Position numbers and translations under genes: made by a program | Notes under the pieces: generated by a model | What the model was told of the DNA's origin: nothing | Database searches by the model: none | What the model saw: only the letters and a program-made list of their open reading frames with translations | From: Myxococcota bacterium | GTDB taxonomy: Bacteria > Myxococcota_A > Polyangia > Nannocystales > Nannocystaceae | Direction: 5' to 3' | NCBI GenBank assembly: GCA_039028615.1 | Contig: JBCCHT010000019.1 | Span: 96,001-160,000, forward strand | Length of the DNA: 64,000 nt | Part shown: piece by piece, positions 34,545 to 44,272 of the stretch | Position numbering within the stretch: position 1 is the first letter of the stretch | How the letters are laid out: each line of letters opens with the position of its first letter

Positions 34545-35948
34545 ATGACGCGGCACCAGGCAGTCTTCACTCGCAATCTATTGTTGGCCGGCGACGTCGG
34601 CCTGAGTGCACTCGCGTTCGTCATCGCGCTGGCGATTCGACAGTGGCTGGGAACGGCCGACCCGACCCTGGGCCCCTTGGATGGATCGTCGATCTACGGC
34701 CCGCTCCTGCTCGGCATGGTGCCGGCGTGGGGCATCGCCCTTCACGTCACCCGTAGCGCCTACTTCCGCGACGGGCTCAAGGTCGCCACCCTCCGCTACG
34801 CCAAGGCAGTCGGCATCGGCCTGGTGATGCTGATGGGCGTCAGCTTCCTGCTCTCCCTGCACTCGCTGTCGCGCGGCTTCGTGGCCATCATGGCGGTAAC
34901 CCAGCTGGCGCTGCTGGTCGGGGGCCGGGCGCTGGCCGTGGCCGCGCTCAGCCGCCGCCCCGTCGACCACCGCGTGTTGATCGTCGGCTGCAGCGAGCAA
35001 GCGCTGCGCTACTCCGAGTCGCTGCGTCGCGATGCCTGGAAGCAGGAGCTGGTGGGCTTCGTCGGCGTGCCCGACGAGGCCCGGCTCGCCGCCGCCTCGC
35101 CCGTGGTCGCCGAGGTCGAAGGCCTCGCCCAGCTGCTCGACAGCCAGCCCGTGGACGAGGTCATCTTCACCGTGTCCGACCGCCGCGGCGCCGGGGTCCT
35201 GGCCGCCATCGATGCCTGCCAGATCCGCGGCGTGGACGTGCTGATGGGCATGCCCGCCGCCATGCAGACCCACGGCCAGGTACAGATGGCTCAGCTCAGC
35301 GGGGTCGGCATGCCCATGCTCAGCGTCTCCAACTCGCCTTCGGCCACGGGCTCGCTGATGGCCAAGCGGATCTTCGACTTCATGGGCGCGCTGCTGCTCG
35401 TGGTGCTCACCGCTCCCATCATGGCCATGGCCGCCATCGCCATCGCCATCGAGTCGCGGGGCCCCGTGCTCTTCCGTCAGGAGCGCTCCGGTCGCAACGG
35501 CCGACGCTTCACGATGCTCAAGTTCCGCTCGATGGTGGTCGACGCCGAGGCCCGACGCGCCGAGCTGGCCCACCTCAACGAGATGGACGGCCCGGTCTTC
35601 AAGATCCGTCAGGACCCCCGCATCACCCGGGTCGGCGCCTTCATTCGCGCCACCAGCATCGACGAGCTCCCCCAGCTGTTCAACGTGATGTTCGGCCACA
35701 TGAGCCTGGTGGGCCCGCGCCCGCCGCTGCCCCGCGAGGTCGAGCAGTACGAACCCTGGCAGCGCCGCCGCCTCTCCGTTCGCCCTGGCATCACCGGCCT
35801 GTGGCAGGTCAGCGGCCGCAACGACGTCGACTTCCAGCAGTGGATGAAGCTCGATCTTCGCTACATCGACAACTGGTCGCTCCGACTCGACCTCGAGATC
35901 CTCGCACGTACCCTCCCCGCCGTAGTGTCGCGCACAGGCGCCAGCTGA
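34545..35948 (+). CDS. Polyisoprenyl-phosphate hexose-1-phosphate transferase (WcaJ/WbaP-like)
   Basis: N-terminal TMs; [49 protein letters not shown]. Confidence 0.95.
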   Translation: MTRHQAVFTRNLLLAGDVGLSALAFVIALAIRQWLGTADPTLGPLDGSSIYGPLLLGMVPAWGIALHVTRSAYFRDGLKVATLRYAKAVGIGLVMLMGVSFLLSLHSLSRGFVAIMAVTQLALLVGGRALAVAALSRRPVDHRVLIVGCSEQALRYSESLRRDAWKQELVGFVGVPDEARLAAASPVVAEVEGLAQLLDSQPVDEVIFTVSDRRGAGVLAAIDACQIRGVDVLMGMPAAMQTHGQVQMAQLSGVGMPMLSVSNSPSATGSLMAKRIFDFMGALLLVVLTAPIMAMAAIAIAIESRGPVLFRQERSGRNGRRFTMLKFRSMVVDAEARRAELAHLNEMDGPVFKIRQDPRITRVGAFIRATSIDELPQLFNVMFGHMSLVGPRPPLPREVEQYEPWQRRRLSVRPGITGLWQVSGRNDVDFQQWMKLDLRYIDNWSLRLDLEILARTLPAVVSRTGAS

Positions 35949-35972
35949 GCGCCGCGGCTCCCCGGCGGGAGC

Positions 35973-36008
35973 AGGGCGGGTCCCGGGCGGGGCCCGCCCT
36001 TTTTATTT
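35973..36008 (+). terminator. Intrinsic terminator
   Basis: AGGGCGGG..CCCGCCCT stem followed by TTTTATTT. Confidence 0.8.
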
Positions 36009-36022
36009 GGTTTCGGGCCCGC

Positions 36023-36811
36023 TCAGCCGGGGTTGTTGAGCTGGATGGCCGTGAACACGCCGCCCTGGGCGTCGCGCAGCACGGCGAAGCGCCCGGCCGG
36101 GATGTCGGTGCCCGGCACCATGATGGCGCCCCCGCTCGCCTCCGCCAGCTTGGCCGTGGCGTCGCAATCCTCGACCGCGAAGTAGGCCATCCAGTGCGGG
36201 GGCACCCCCTCCCACTTGGGACCCTGCATCGGCATGATGCCGCCGTTGTCCCGATCGCCGTTCTTGATGACGGTGTAGTCGAACTCGCCCATGGGGATCG
36301 AGCTGAAGCTCCACCCGAAGAGCTTGCCGTAGAACTCCTGGGCCTTGGCCACGTCGCGCACCGCCAGCTCGTTCCAGCTCAGCGACACCGCCTCGTTGAC
36401 GATCTGCGAGCCGTGGTGGTTGCCGGGCTGCCACACCGCGAACGCGGCCCCGGCCGGATCCATGAAAAACGCGAGCGAGCCCGCATCCATCACCTTCATC
36501 GCGGGCACGGTCACGGTGGCGCCCAGGGCCTTGGCCTGCTCGGCCACCGCGGCGGCATCGTCGACGGAGACGTAGTTGTTCCACATCGGTGGAACTCCGG
36601 CCTTCTTCATCTCGTCGCTCATCTGGCCGATGCCGGCGACGACCTTGCCCCCGTTGGTGAACATCGCGTAGGGCGGGCCGCCTTGGGTTTCTTGGGTCTG
36701 CGCCTCCCAGCCGAACAGCTCAGCGTACCAGCGCTGCGCCGCCTCCATGTCGTGGGCCACGTAGTCCACCCAGCAGAACGTGCCAGGCGCATACTTCGTC
36801 ATCTCGGTCAC
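36023..36811 (-). CDS. VOC/glyoxalase family protein (two domains)
   Basis: PGTFCWVD, Y..LFGW twice, DPAGAAFAVWQ, WNEL. Confidence 0.92.
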   Translation of the reverse strand: MTEMTKYAPGTFCWVDYVAHDMEAAQRWYAELFGWEAQTQETQGGPPYAMFTNGGKVVAGIGQMSDEMKKAGVPPMWNNYVSVDDAAAVAEQAKALGATVTVPAMKVMDAGSLAFFMDPAGAAFAVWQPGNHHGSQIVNEAVSLSWNELAVRDVAKAQEFYGKLFGWSFSSIPMGEFDYTVIKNGDRDNGGIMPMQGPKWEGVPPHWMAYFAVEDCDATAKLAEASGGAIMVPGTDIPAGRFAVLRDAQGGVFTAIQLNNPG

Positions 36812-36881
36812 GGGGAACCTCCAGGTCGAAGGTCGTCACCGTCATCCTGGCGGTGCGACGTCTGTCGTGAGGAGTGGCTCC

Positions 36882-37010
36882 TCAAAGACCGCGGCGCCAC
36901 GGTCCATCGTCACGCTCGAGTCGGCGAACGGTCGCCGCAACGCCCAGGCCCATGAGTCCGAGAAGGAGCCACAAAAAGAGGAAAGACAGGGCGGACCAGA
37001 GCGCGACCAT
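36882..37010 (-). CDS. Small single-TM protein (42 aa), absent from ORF track
   Basis: MVALWSALSFLFLWLLLGLMGLGVAATVRRLERDDGPWRRGL*; alternative ATG at 37022. Confidence 0.5.
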   Translation of the reverse strand: MVALWSALSFLFLWLLLGLMGLGVAATVRRLERDDGPWRRGL

Positions 37011-37155
37011 GGGCGGGAGCATGATTTACCACGCACTCCGCCCGTCTCGCACCCAGCGCCAACGGCACGACCGGTACACCGCGGCCCGCCGCCACCCGCC
37101 GACGATCTGAGGGCCCTGGCGCGGGCCGCCGCAGAGGCTGCTACGCTCGCGCGCC

Positions 37156-38967
37156 ATGGAGACCTCGCCCCTCGCCCTCGCGGTCGCCCAAGCCATCGTG
37201 ACGGCCCTGCCCAAGGACGTCGAGCTCGGCGTCGATGAAGTGGCCGGCCTGCTGGGCCCGACGCCGAAGCCCGAGCTCGGCGATCTGGCGTTCCCCTGCT
37301 TCCGCCTGGCCAAGGCGCTGCGCAAGGCCCCCCCGAAGATCGCGGCCGAGCTCGCCGAAGGCATCCAGTCCGACTTCATCACCGAGATCCGCCCGACCGG
37401 GCCCTATTTGAACCTGCGCGTCGATCTCGGTGCAGCGTCGGCCCTGGTGCTCCGCGACCTGGCCGAGGGCAAGGCTCCCGCCGCGCCCGACCGCTCGCAG
37501 CGAGCGATGGTCGAGTACTCCCAGCCCAACACGCACAAGGCCTTCCACGTCGGCCACATGCGCAACGTGTGCCTGGGTGACGCCATCGTCCGGCTGCTCC
37601 GTGCCGACGGCTATGACGTGGTCGCGGCCAACTACCTCGGCGACGTGGGAGCCCACATCGCCAAGTGCCTGTGGTGGTTCCTCGACGTACTCACCGAGGA
37701 GCAGCGGCAGCCCCCGACCGTGGCCCGCGGCGAGTGGCTGGGCGAGTTCTACTCCGCCGCCAACAACCAGCTCGAGAGCTGGGCGGAGCAGGCCAAGGCC
37801 GGGGACGCCGACGCGGAAGCCAAGCTCACCGCCGCCCGAGCCCGCACCACCGAAATCCTGCAGCGACTCGAGGCCCGCGACCCCGAGCTCATCGCCATCT
37901 GGGAGCGCACCCGCCAGTGGTCGCTCGACGACTTCGACGAGATCTACGCGTGGACCGGGGTGAAGTTCGACCGGATCTTCTTCGAGAGCGAGGTCGACGA
38001 GCCCGGCCTCGCGCTGGTGGAGGAGTTCTTCCAAAAGGGCGTGTTCGTGGAGAGCGAGGGCGCAGTCGGCATCTTCAATGAAGAGGTCAAGCACATGCCC
38101 TTCTTCATGCTGCGCAAGCGCGACGGCACCAGCCTCTACTCCACCAAAGACCTGGCCCTCGCCCGCCTCAAGTTCGACGAGCACCGCATCGACCGTTCGA
38201 TCTACGTGGTCGACGTGCGGCAGAGCGACCACTTCCGCCACGTCTTCCTCACCCTGAAGAAGATGGGCTTCGCTCAGGCCGAGCTGTGCGAGCACGTGCC
38301 CTACGAGATGGTCGAGCTGCCCTCCGGCCCCATGTCGGGGCGCAAGGGCACCATCATCTTGTTCCGCATGCTCCGCGAGCGGATGACCGCTCACATCACG
38401 CAGACCTACCTCGAGGACTTCCGCGGCGACTGGTCCGACGAAGAGATCGCCGAGACCGCCCGTCAGCTGGCGCTGGGAGCGATCAAGTTCGGCATGCTCA
38501 CGCGCGACGTGAACCAGAAGATCGTCTTCGACATGGAGGCGTGGATGAGCGTCGAGGGAGACACCGGGCCGTACCTCCAGTACAGCGCCGCGCGCTTGGG
38601 CTCGATCATCCGCAAGGCGGCCGCGACGGGTCAGACCTTCGATGCCGCCATGCTGGGCGACGCCGCCCGGATGCAGGCGGCCGGCGCCGCCCTGGTGCAG
38701 CCCCAAGAGCGCCAGCTGCTGCTCGAGCTGGCCGAACTCGGGCCCCAAGTCCATCGCGCCGCCGCAGGCCTACGCCCCTCGGTGCTCTGCACCTATCTGC
38801 TGAGCCTGGCCAAGGCGATCAACCGCTTCGCCACCTCGAAGAACTGTCGTGTGCTCGGTAGCGAAGGCGCGCTGCTCGATGGCCGACTGTTGTTGGTCAC
38901 CGCCGCCCACGAAGGCCTCCGCTGGGGCCTGTCGGTGCTCGGCATCGAGGCCCCGACTCGGATGTAA
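37156..38967 (+). CDS. argS: Arginine--tRNA ligase
   Basis: GDLAFPCF, EYSQPNTHKAFHVGH, DGTSLYSTKDL, MSGRKG, GDTGPYLQY, C-terminal RM. Confidence 0.96.
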   Translation: METSPLALAVAQAIVTALPKDVELGVDEVAGLLGPTPKPELGDLAFPCFRLAKALRKAPPKIAAELAEGIQSDFITEIRPTGPYLNLRVDLGAASALVLRDLAEGKAPAAPDRSQRAMVEYSQPNTHKAFHVGHMRNVCLGDAIVRLLRADGYDVVAANYLGDVGAHIAKCLWWFLDVLTEEQRQPPTVARGEWLGEFYSAANNQLESWAEQAKAGDADAEAKLTAARARTTEILQRLEARDPELIAIWERTRQWSLDDFDEIYAWTGVKFDRIFFESEVDEPGLALVEEFFQKGVFVESEGAVGIFNEEVKHMPFFMLRKRDGTSLYSTKDLALARLKFDEHRIDRSIYVVDVRQSDHFRHVFLTLKKMGFAQAELCEHVPYEMVELPSGPMSGRKGTIILFRMLRERMTAHITQTYLEDFRGDWSDEEIAETARQLALGAIKFGMLTRDVNQKIVFDMEAWMSVEGDTGPYLQYSAARLGSIIRKAAATGQTFDAAMLGDAARMQAAGAALVQPQERQLLLELAELGPQVHRAAAGLRPSVLCTYLLSLAKAINRFATSKNCRVLGSEGALLDGRLLLVTAAHEGLRWGLSVLGIEAPTRM

Positions 38968-39095
38968 CGCTCGCGAGCGTTCTCACCGAAGTCGACGAAA
39001 CTCCGGTCGTCGATCGCTGGGGCGTGAGCGGCCCCCGTGAGATTCCTGTGTTCGCGTCGTCGGAGACGCTCCCTCGGTCGTGATACCGAGGAAGT

Positions 39096-40307
39096 ATGAC
39101 CGACGACGCGCGTACGCCAGTCATCATCGACGCTCTGCGAACGCCCATCGGCCGCCTCCGCGGTTCGCTGGCCCCAGTGCGCCCCGACGATCTCGCGGCT
39201 CACGTCGTGCGGCACCTGGTCGAGCGCTACCCCGCCGCCATGGAGCAGCTCGAGGACGTGGTCTTCGGCGCGGCCAACCAGTCCGGCGAGGACAACCGCA
39301 ACGTCGCTCGCATGGCGTCGCTGCTGGCCGGCCTGCCCGTCGAGATCCCCGGCGTGACCGTCAACCGCCTCTGCGGCTCGGGCATGGAGGCGATCATCCA
39401 GGCCTCCAAGTCGATCATGGCCGGCGAGGGCGAGGTCTACATCGCGGGCGGCGTGGAGAGCATGACGCGGGCGCCCTTCGTCATGCCCAAGTCCGGCGAG
39501 GCCTTCCCGCGCGCGGCCGAGATCTACGACACCTCGCTCGGCTGGCGGATGAACAACCCCCGCATGAACGAGCTGTATCCCATCGAGGGTCTCGGCTCGA
39601 CGGCGGAGAACGTGGCCGAGCGCTACGGGGTGAGCCGCGAGGACCAGGACCGCTGGGCCCTGGCCTCGCACGACAAGGCGGCCAAGGCTCAGGACGAGGG
39701 CTGGCTCGACGGCGAGATCGTGCCCATCACCGTGCCCCAGGGTCGCAAGAAGGACCCCATTCGGGTGACGGCCGACGAGGGCGTCCGCCGCGACAGCTCG
39801 ATGGACAAGCTCGCCCGGCTGCGCCCCGTGTTCCGCGAGGGCGGCACGGTCACCGCGGGCAACAGCTCCTCGATCAACGACGGTGCCTGTGCGGTGCTGG
39901 TGACCAGCCTCGCCCGCGCCAACAAGCTCGGGCTCAAGCCCATGGCTCGCCTGGTGAGCTGGGGTCACGCTGGCGTGCACCCGGGCGTGATGGGCATCGG
40001 GCCCATCCCCGCCACGGGCAAGGCGCTGGAGCGCGCGGGACTGAAGGCCAGCGACATCGACGTCGCCGAGCTCAACGAGGCCTTCGCCTCGCAGGTGCTC
40101 GCCTCCATGCGCGCTCTCGAGCTCGACCCGGAGAAGGTCAACCCGGTCGGTGGCGCCATCGCCCTCGGCCACCCGCTGGGCTGCTCGGGCGCCCGCATCG
40201 TGACCACGCTGACCCACGCGCTGGCCCGCACCCGCGGCCGCTACGGTCTGGCCACGATGTGCATCGGCGTCGGCCAGGGCATCGCGTCGATCTACGAGCG
40301 CCTCTAG
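39096..40307 (+). CDS. Thiolase (PcaF/PaaJ-like acetyl-CoA C-acyltransferase)
   Basis: NQSGEDNRNVARM, NRLCGSG, NEAFA, GHPLGCSG, CIGVGQG. Confidence 0.93.
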   Translation: MTDDARTPVIIDALRTPIGRLRGSLAPVRPDDLAAHVVRHLVERYPAAMEQLEDVVFGAANQSGEDNRNVARMASLLAGLPVEIPGVTVNRLCGSGMEAIIQASKSIMAGEGEVYIAGGVESMTRAPFVMPKSGEAFPRAAEIYDTSLGWRMNNPRMNELYPIEGLGSTAENVAERYGVSREDQDRWALASHDKAAKAQDEGWLDGEIVPITVPQGRKKDPIRVTADEGVRRDSSMDKLARLRPVFREGGTVTAGNSSSINDGACAVLVTSLARANKLGLKPMARLVSWGHAGVHPGVMGIGPIPATGKALERAGLKASDIDVAELNEAFASQVLASMRALELDPEKVNPVGGAIALGHPLGCSGARIVTTLTHALARTRGRYGLATMCIGVGQGIASIYERL

Positions 40308-40381
40308 AGCGTCCCTCGCTTCGACGAAGCATGCATCGGGCGAGCCCTCGTGGCTCGCCCGACCTGCTCTCGGGCGCGGAC

Positions 40382-41011
40382 TCAGTCGATCCAGCGGTCC
40401 CAGCGAGGCTCGCGAGTCACCAGCTGGCCGTCTTCGCGGCGGTAGACCTTCCAGTTGCCGTCGCCCTGCTCGATGAGGAACGCCTCGACCGGTCCGAACA
40501 CGTCGTCGAGCTCCTTCGAGGTGCAGGTCGGCAAGAACGCCCGGAGCACGCGCGGGTCGTAGAAACGAAACAGCACCTCGCGCCCTTCGGGCAGGCGCAC
40601 GCGGATCATCCCGGCGAAATGCTCGGAGATGTCGTCCATGGAGGCGCTGCTCCGCAACATGACGCCCCAATTGTGCCCGCGTCCGTAGCGCGCGAAGTAC
40701 CCGGCAAACGGGTAGTGCGAGGCCAGAGCCACCAGGTACGGGGCCACGGCCGCCAGGTCGCGCGGCAAGTCCGTCCCGTACAGACAACGCCAGTCATTCC
40801 CTGACGCGGTGAGCATGGGGAAGACGCGTTCGTCTTGCGCGCCGTCCACCAAACCGAACACCGTGCTGGGCTTGGCCGAGACCTTGATGTTGGACAGAGC
40901 CCGCTTGATGATGCCGTTGATCGTCCGTTTGGTCGTTCTCGACACGTCTCGCCCACTATACGACGTGAGCGACCACCCCCCCAGGCGCGTATGATTATTG
41001 GGCCACGACAC
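40382..41011 (-). CDS. DUF4123 domain protein (T6SS effector adaptor family)
   Basis: LVDGA, CLY..APYLV, WG, H..FRFYDPRVLRAFL. Confidence 0.85.
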   Translation of the reverse strand: MSWPNNHTRLGGWSLTSYSGRDVSRTTKRTINGIIKRALSNIKVSAKPSTVFGLVDGAQDERVFPMLTASGNDWRCLYGTDLPRDLAAVAPYLVALASHYPFAGYFARYGRGHNWGVMLRSSASMDDISEHFAGMIRVRLPEGREVLFRFYDPRVLRAFLPTCTSKELDDVFGPVEAFLIEQGDGNWKVYRREDGQLVTREPRWDRWID

Positions 41012-41060
41012 CTACATCGGGCTTGCCCGAGCCGAATAATCTGAAACAGTAAGGAGTGCC

Positions 41061-41516
41061 ATGCAGTGGCTCTTGCGCGGTTCCCAGCAACTCATGCTCA
41101 GCACCACCCGGGCGGCCCCGTTTGCGGGCGCCGTGATGGTCAACGACCCGCACTCCGCCGCGGCCATGCTCAGGACCGTCTCGTTCGATCCCGAGCAAAT
41201 GAAGACGCTGCGCCAGATCCACACCGATCTGACCGAGAGCCACAACTCCCGCACTCGCTCCGACACGCTCGTCGTGGCCGAGATCATGAGCTTGCTGGCC
41301 ACCTCGCGCCTGTACCTGTTCGAGCAAACGCGGGACTTCGGCCTCACCTTCGATGTCCCCGAGAACGAGGACCAAGATCTCGCCGAAGACGCGGTGGTGC
41401 TCGAAGCCGAGCCCGAGCCGCCTCCCCCCGAGCCCAAGCCCAGCCCGGTGGTGCTGGCCCAGGCCGACGCTCTGAAGAAGGCCGCCGAATCGGGCTCACC
41501 GTTCTGCGAGGAATGA
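41061..41516 (+). CDS. Hypothetical protein with C-terminal QA..L..AA..G.PFCEE motif; extends to 41525 if TGA encodes Sec
   Basis: RBS TAAGGAG; ends GSPFCEE-TGA-GTG-GAC-TGA. Confidence 0.75.
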   Translation: MQWLLRGSQQLMLSTTRAAPFAGAVMVNDPHSAAAMLRTVSFDPEQMKTLRQIHTDLTESHNSRTRSDTLVVAEIMSLLATSRLYLFEQTRDFGLTFDVPENEDQDLAEDAVVLEAEPEPPPPEPKPSPVVLAQADALKKAAESGSPFCEE

Positions 41517-41546
41517 GTGGACTGACTGCTCCCGCGTGACGGGAGC
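41514..41546 (+). promoter_or_regulatory. Candidate bacterial SECIS element
   Basis: TGA, 11-nt spacer, then GCTCCCG-CGTGA-CGGGAGC hairpin with GU in the loop and no U tract. Confidence 0.5.
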
Positions 41547-41690
41547 CCGAACCCCTCGAAAGCCTGCTCGCGTGCTCGCCACGCCCACCAACCGACCCTC
41601 GCGACGACGTCCGTCTTCTGCGCACCACCGATTCTGGTCCCCTGCGGCCCATTTCGACTACCCTTGGACGAGCGCCATTTGCGGACCCCC

Positions 41691-41707
41691 TTGCAATTAG
41701 ATTGCGA
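41691..41707. promoter_or_regulatory. 7-3-7 imperfect palindrome, possible Fur/Zur-family operator
   Basis: TTGCAAT-TAG-ATTGCGA, AT-rich, 37 nt upstream of the dksA-like ATG. Confidence 0.45.
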
Positions 41708-41744
41708 GTGATTAAACCGGGGACCCACCGAAGACGAGGGCACG

Positions 41745-42146
41745 ATGAGCAAGGACCACGACGACAGCGCAATCGACGAACTGGACGCGAAGACCCTCGA
41801 GTACTTCCGCGGCAAGCTGACCGCGGCGCGGGACGAGCTGCTCGAGCGCAACCGGTCCCGTCTCTCCGATGTGCTCGACCACGACGAGGTCCTCAACGAC
41901 GAGGCCGACCACGCCGAGGCCGATCGAGCCCAGCAGTTCGAGCTACGCCTGGCCGACAAGGATCGCAAGCTGCTGCGCCTCATCGAGCATGCGCTCGGCA
42001 AGATCGACATCGGCGAGTACGGCCTGTGCGAAGGCACGGGTGAGCTCATTCCCCGTGCACGGCTAGAGCTGCGCCCCTGGGCGCGCTACTCCGTCGAGCA
42101 CAAGATGACGCTCGAGCGCGACCGAGCCCTCCACGCCGGGGGCTGA
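41745..42146 (+). CDS. dksA: DksA/TraR family transcription factor, single-Cys variant
   Basis: DEADHA (DxxDxA) coiled-coil tip; GEYGLCEGTGELIPRARL..PWARYSVEH. Confidence 0.88.
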   Translation: MSKDHDDSAIDELDAKTLEYFRGKLTAARDELLERNRSRLSDVLDHDEVLNDEADHAEADRAQQFELRLADKDRKLLRLIEHALGKIDIGEYGLCEGTGELIPRARLELRPWARYSVEHKMTLERDRALHAGG

Positions 42147-42152
42147 CGCCCG

Positions 42153-42662
42153 CTACAACAACCGAATCCGCTCTGCCCTGACGATGGCCTCGTAGGGCAG
42201 CTCGCGGTGCGGTGTGCCCGGGCCCGAGCGGCGGTACTCGACCTTGCCCGCGACCTGCAGCCGCTGCCCGACCTGCACGACCTCGGTCTCCGCCCGCAGC
42301 CCCACGCCGTAGCGCTGCAATAACCGCGCGTGCAGAGCGGCGAGGTCCTCACCCGCGTCGCTGCGCACGAGTACCTGGGTAGAGCCATCGCCCAGCACGA
42401 AGTCCACGGCCTGGCGCGCGTTGACCTGGTAGGCGCGCGAGTTGTGGGCGGTCGCTCCGTCGAGGCCGATCGTGGTCGAGGGCGGCCACGCCCGGTATTC
42501 GATCATCACGCAGGGCTGACCGTCGAGCGGATCGCGAATCTGGTCGATGCACTCCACGCTGCCGGAGATCTCCACCCGGGAGGCCGTCGTCTCGACCAGC
42601 CCACCGAGCTCGGACACCGATTGATAGGGCCGCCAGAGGCGACGGAGCCAGTGCCACGCCAC
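42153..42662 (-). CDS. Hypothetical protein (GIDE-domain-like)
   Basis: VEISG.V..DPLDGQPCV, F.L.DGS, E.V..G..L.V.G pattern. Confidence 0.6.
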   Translation of the reverse strand: MAWHWLRRLWRPYQSVSELGGLVETTASRVEISGSVECIDQIRDPLDGQPCVMIEYRAWPPSTTIGLDGATAHNSRAYQVNARQAVDFVLGDGSTQVLVRSDAGEDLAALHARLLQRYGVGLRAETEVVQVGQRLQVAGKVEYRRSGPGTPHRELPYEAIVRAERIRLL

Positions 42663-42742
42663 GAGTGTCGACCCCTTTCCAGAACGGAGAAAGCCACGCC
42701 GAGTCCGAGGCGGACCCTGGCGTGGCTCCCACCTGACCCCGA

Positions 42743-44272
42743 CTAGGGCTTGATGAAGACCTTACCCGAGCTGAGCGCGTAGTTGACTCGCCAGGTCCGC
42801 AGCATGTTCAGGTTGATGTGCCCACCCACCTCGAACGCGGTGTTGCGCAGGAACATGTCGAGCGTGCCATCGGGGGGCTCGTTGACGAGCACCAGGCCGC
42901 TGGTGCCGGGCAGGGTCTTGTCGCCGAGGGTGAAGTTGTCGACGTAGACCATCTTGAGCCCGGCCTGAGCGTCGTCGGGCGGGTCGACGTCGCGGGGCAG
43001 GTGCCCGCTCTTGAGGTAGTGCTTCTTGGTGACCGACAGGCCCGAGCCGTAAGTGTGGCCCAGGTAGGCGTAGAAGCGGTGCTCGGAGCCGTCGATGCCG
43101 ATCGGGATGACCGGGGCGTGGGCCACGTGCATGCTCAGCATGAGCATCGGCAGCTCGACCTCGCCGTCGGCCGGACCCTCGGGGGCGACCTTGGCGACCT
43201 CGAGCGAGCGACCCGGGAAGTCGAAGGTGATCGAGCCCACCGCCTGCATGGCCTGACGACCGAGGATGACCCCCGGGGTCTCGCCCCCGAGCGCATCGGA
43301 GTAGGCGTCGAGCGGCTGGATGGTGGCCGGGATGTTCTTGATGGCGAGGTCGCCGAACTTCACCTCGGGGATGAGGACGATGGACACGTCCTCCTGGGAG
43401 CCGGGCGGCTTGTACTTGGCCAGCTCCTTCAAGCCCAGGGTGGCGGCGAGGCCAGCATCGATGACCGCCTCTTCGCGGCTCTCGATGAACATGGCCGGGG
43501 CGAACTCGCCACCGATCACCGCACCGCTGTACTTGAGGCCGTAGCCGACGTTGAGCTCGAGGCTGGAGCTGCCCTTGTCACCCTCGACGGTACACAGCGG
43601 ACCCTTGCCCTCGAAGGGGCGCATGAACGCGGCGTAGGCCTGGATGAGCGGCAGCAGCCCCTCGTTCTTGCCCATGCGCGGGAAGATCTCGTCGGTGACC
43701 TTGACCGCGTTGTCGGCGTCGCAGATCGCGTAGTAGCTCCACAGCATGGCCAGCCGCGGGTCGAGCTGCTCCTTGTCGTCCTCGAGGAGGACCTTCTGGA
43801 GCTCGACCGCTTCGAGGTGCTTGCCGACCGTCTGCAGGTTGTTGGCCATGCCGACGACGGCACCGAAGTTCTTGTCGTCGATCTCGAGCGCGCGCTCGTA
43901 GGCCTCCGTGCTGCCGTCGAAGTCACCCGCGCGCCAGCGAGCGGCGCCCAAGATGGCGTAGGCGTCGGCGTTCTCGGGATTCTCTTCCAGCGCCTCGTCG
44001 GCCCGCTTGGCGGCGGAGACGTAGCGACCCTTGAAGAGGTCCTCGTTCGCCAAGCGAACGAGCTCGGAGATCTTGGCGTCTTGCTTGGCCTTGGCCACCG
44101 CGGCTTCGACCTCGGCGGTCGAAGCAGCACCGCCACCCTCTTCGGGGTTGTCGGTGCCTTTGCCTTTCTTGCCGCACGCCGTGGTGCCCATCATGACGAG
44201 GGCGAGACCGACGGTCGCGACGCGGGGGCTGATGAAGGAAGGGATACGGGACAGGACCGTGCTGCGTCGCAT
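42743..44272 (-). CDS. TPR lipoprotein with tandem retropepsin-like domains
   Basis: TTAC lipobox, TPR helices, 'VKFGDLAIKNIP..GVILG..ITFDF'. Confidence 0.75.
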   Translation of the reverse strand: MRRSTVLSRIPSFISPRVATVGLALVMMGTTACGKKGKGTDNPEEGGGAASTAEVEAAVAKAKQDAKISELVRLANEDLFKGRYVSAAKRADEALEENPENADAYAILGAARWRAGDFDGSTEAYERALEIDDKNFGAVVGMANNLQTVGKHLEAVELQKVLLEDDKEQLDPRLAMLWSYYAICDADNAVKVTDEIFPRMGKNEGLLPLIQAYAAFMRPFEGKGPLCTVEGDKGSSSLELNVGYGLKYSGAVIGGEFAPAMFIESREEAVIDAGLAATLGLKELAKYKPPGSQEDVSIVLIPEVKFGDLAIKNIPATIQPLDAYSDALGGETPGVILGRQAMQAVGSITFDFPGRSLEVAKVAPEGPADGEVELPMLMLSMHVAHAPVIPIGIDGSEHRFYAYLGHTYGSGLSVTKKHYLKSGHLPRDVDPPDDAQAGLKMVYVDNFTLGDKTLPGTSGLVLVNEPPDGTLDMFLRNTAFEVGGHINLNMLRTWRVNYALSSGKVFIKP

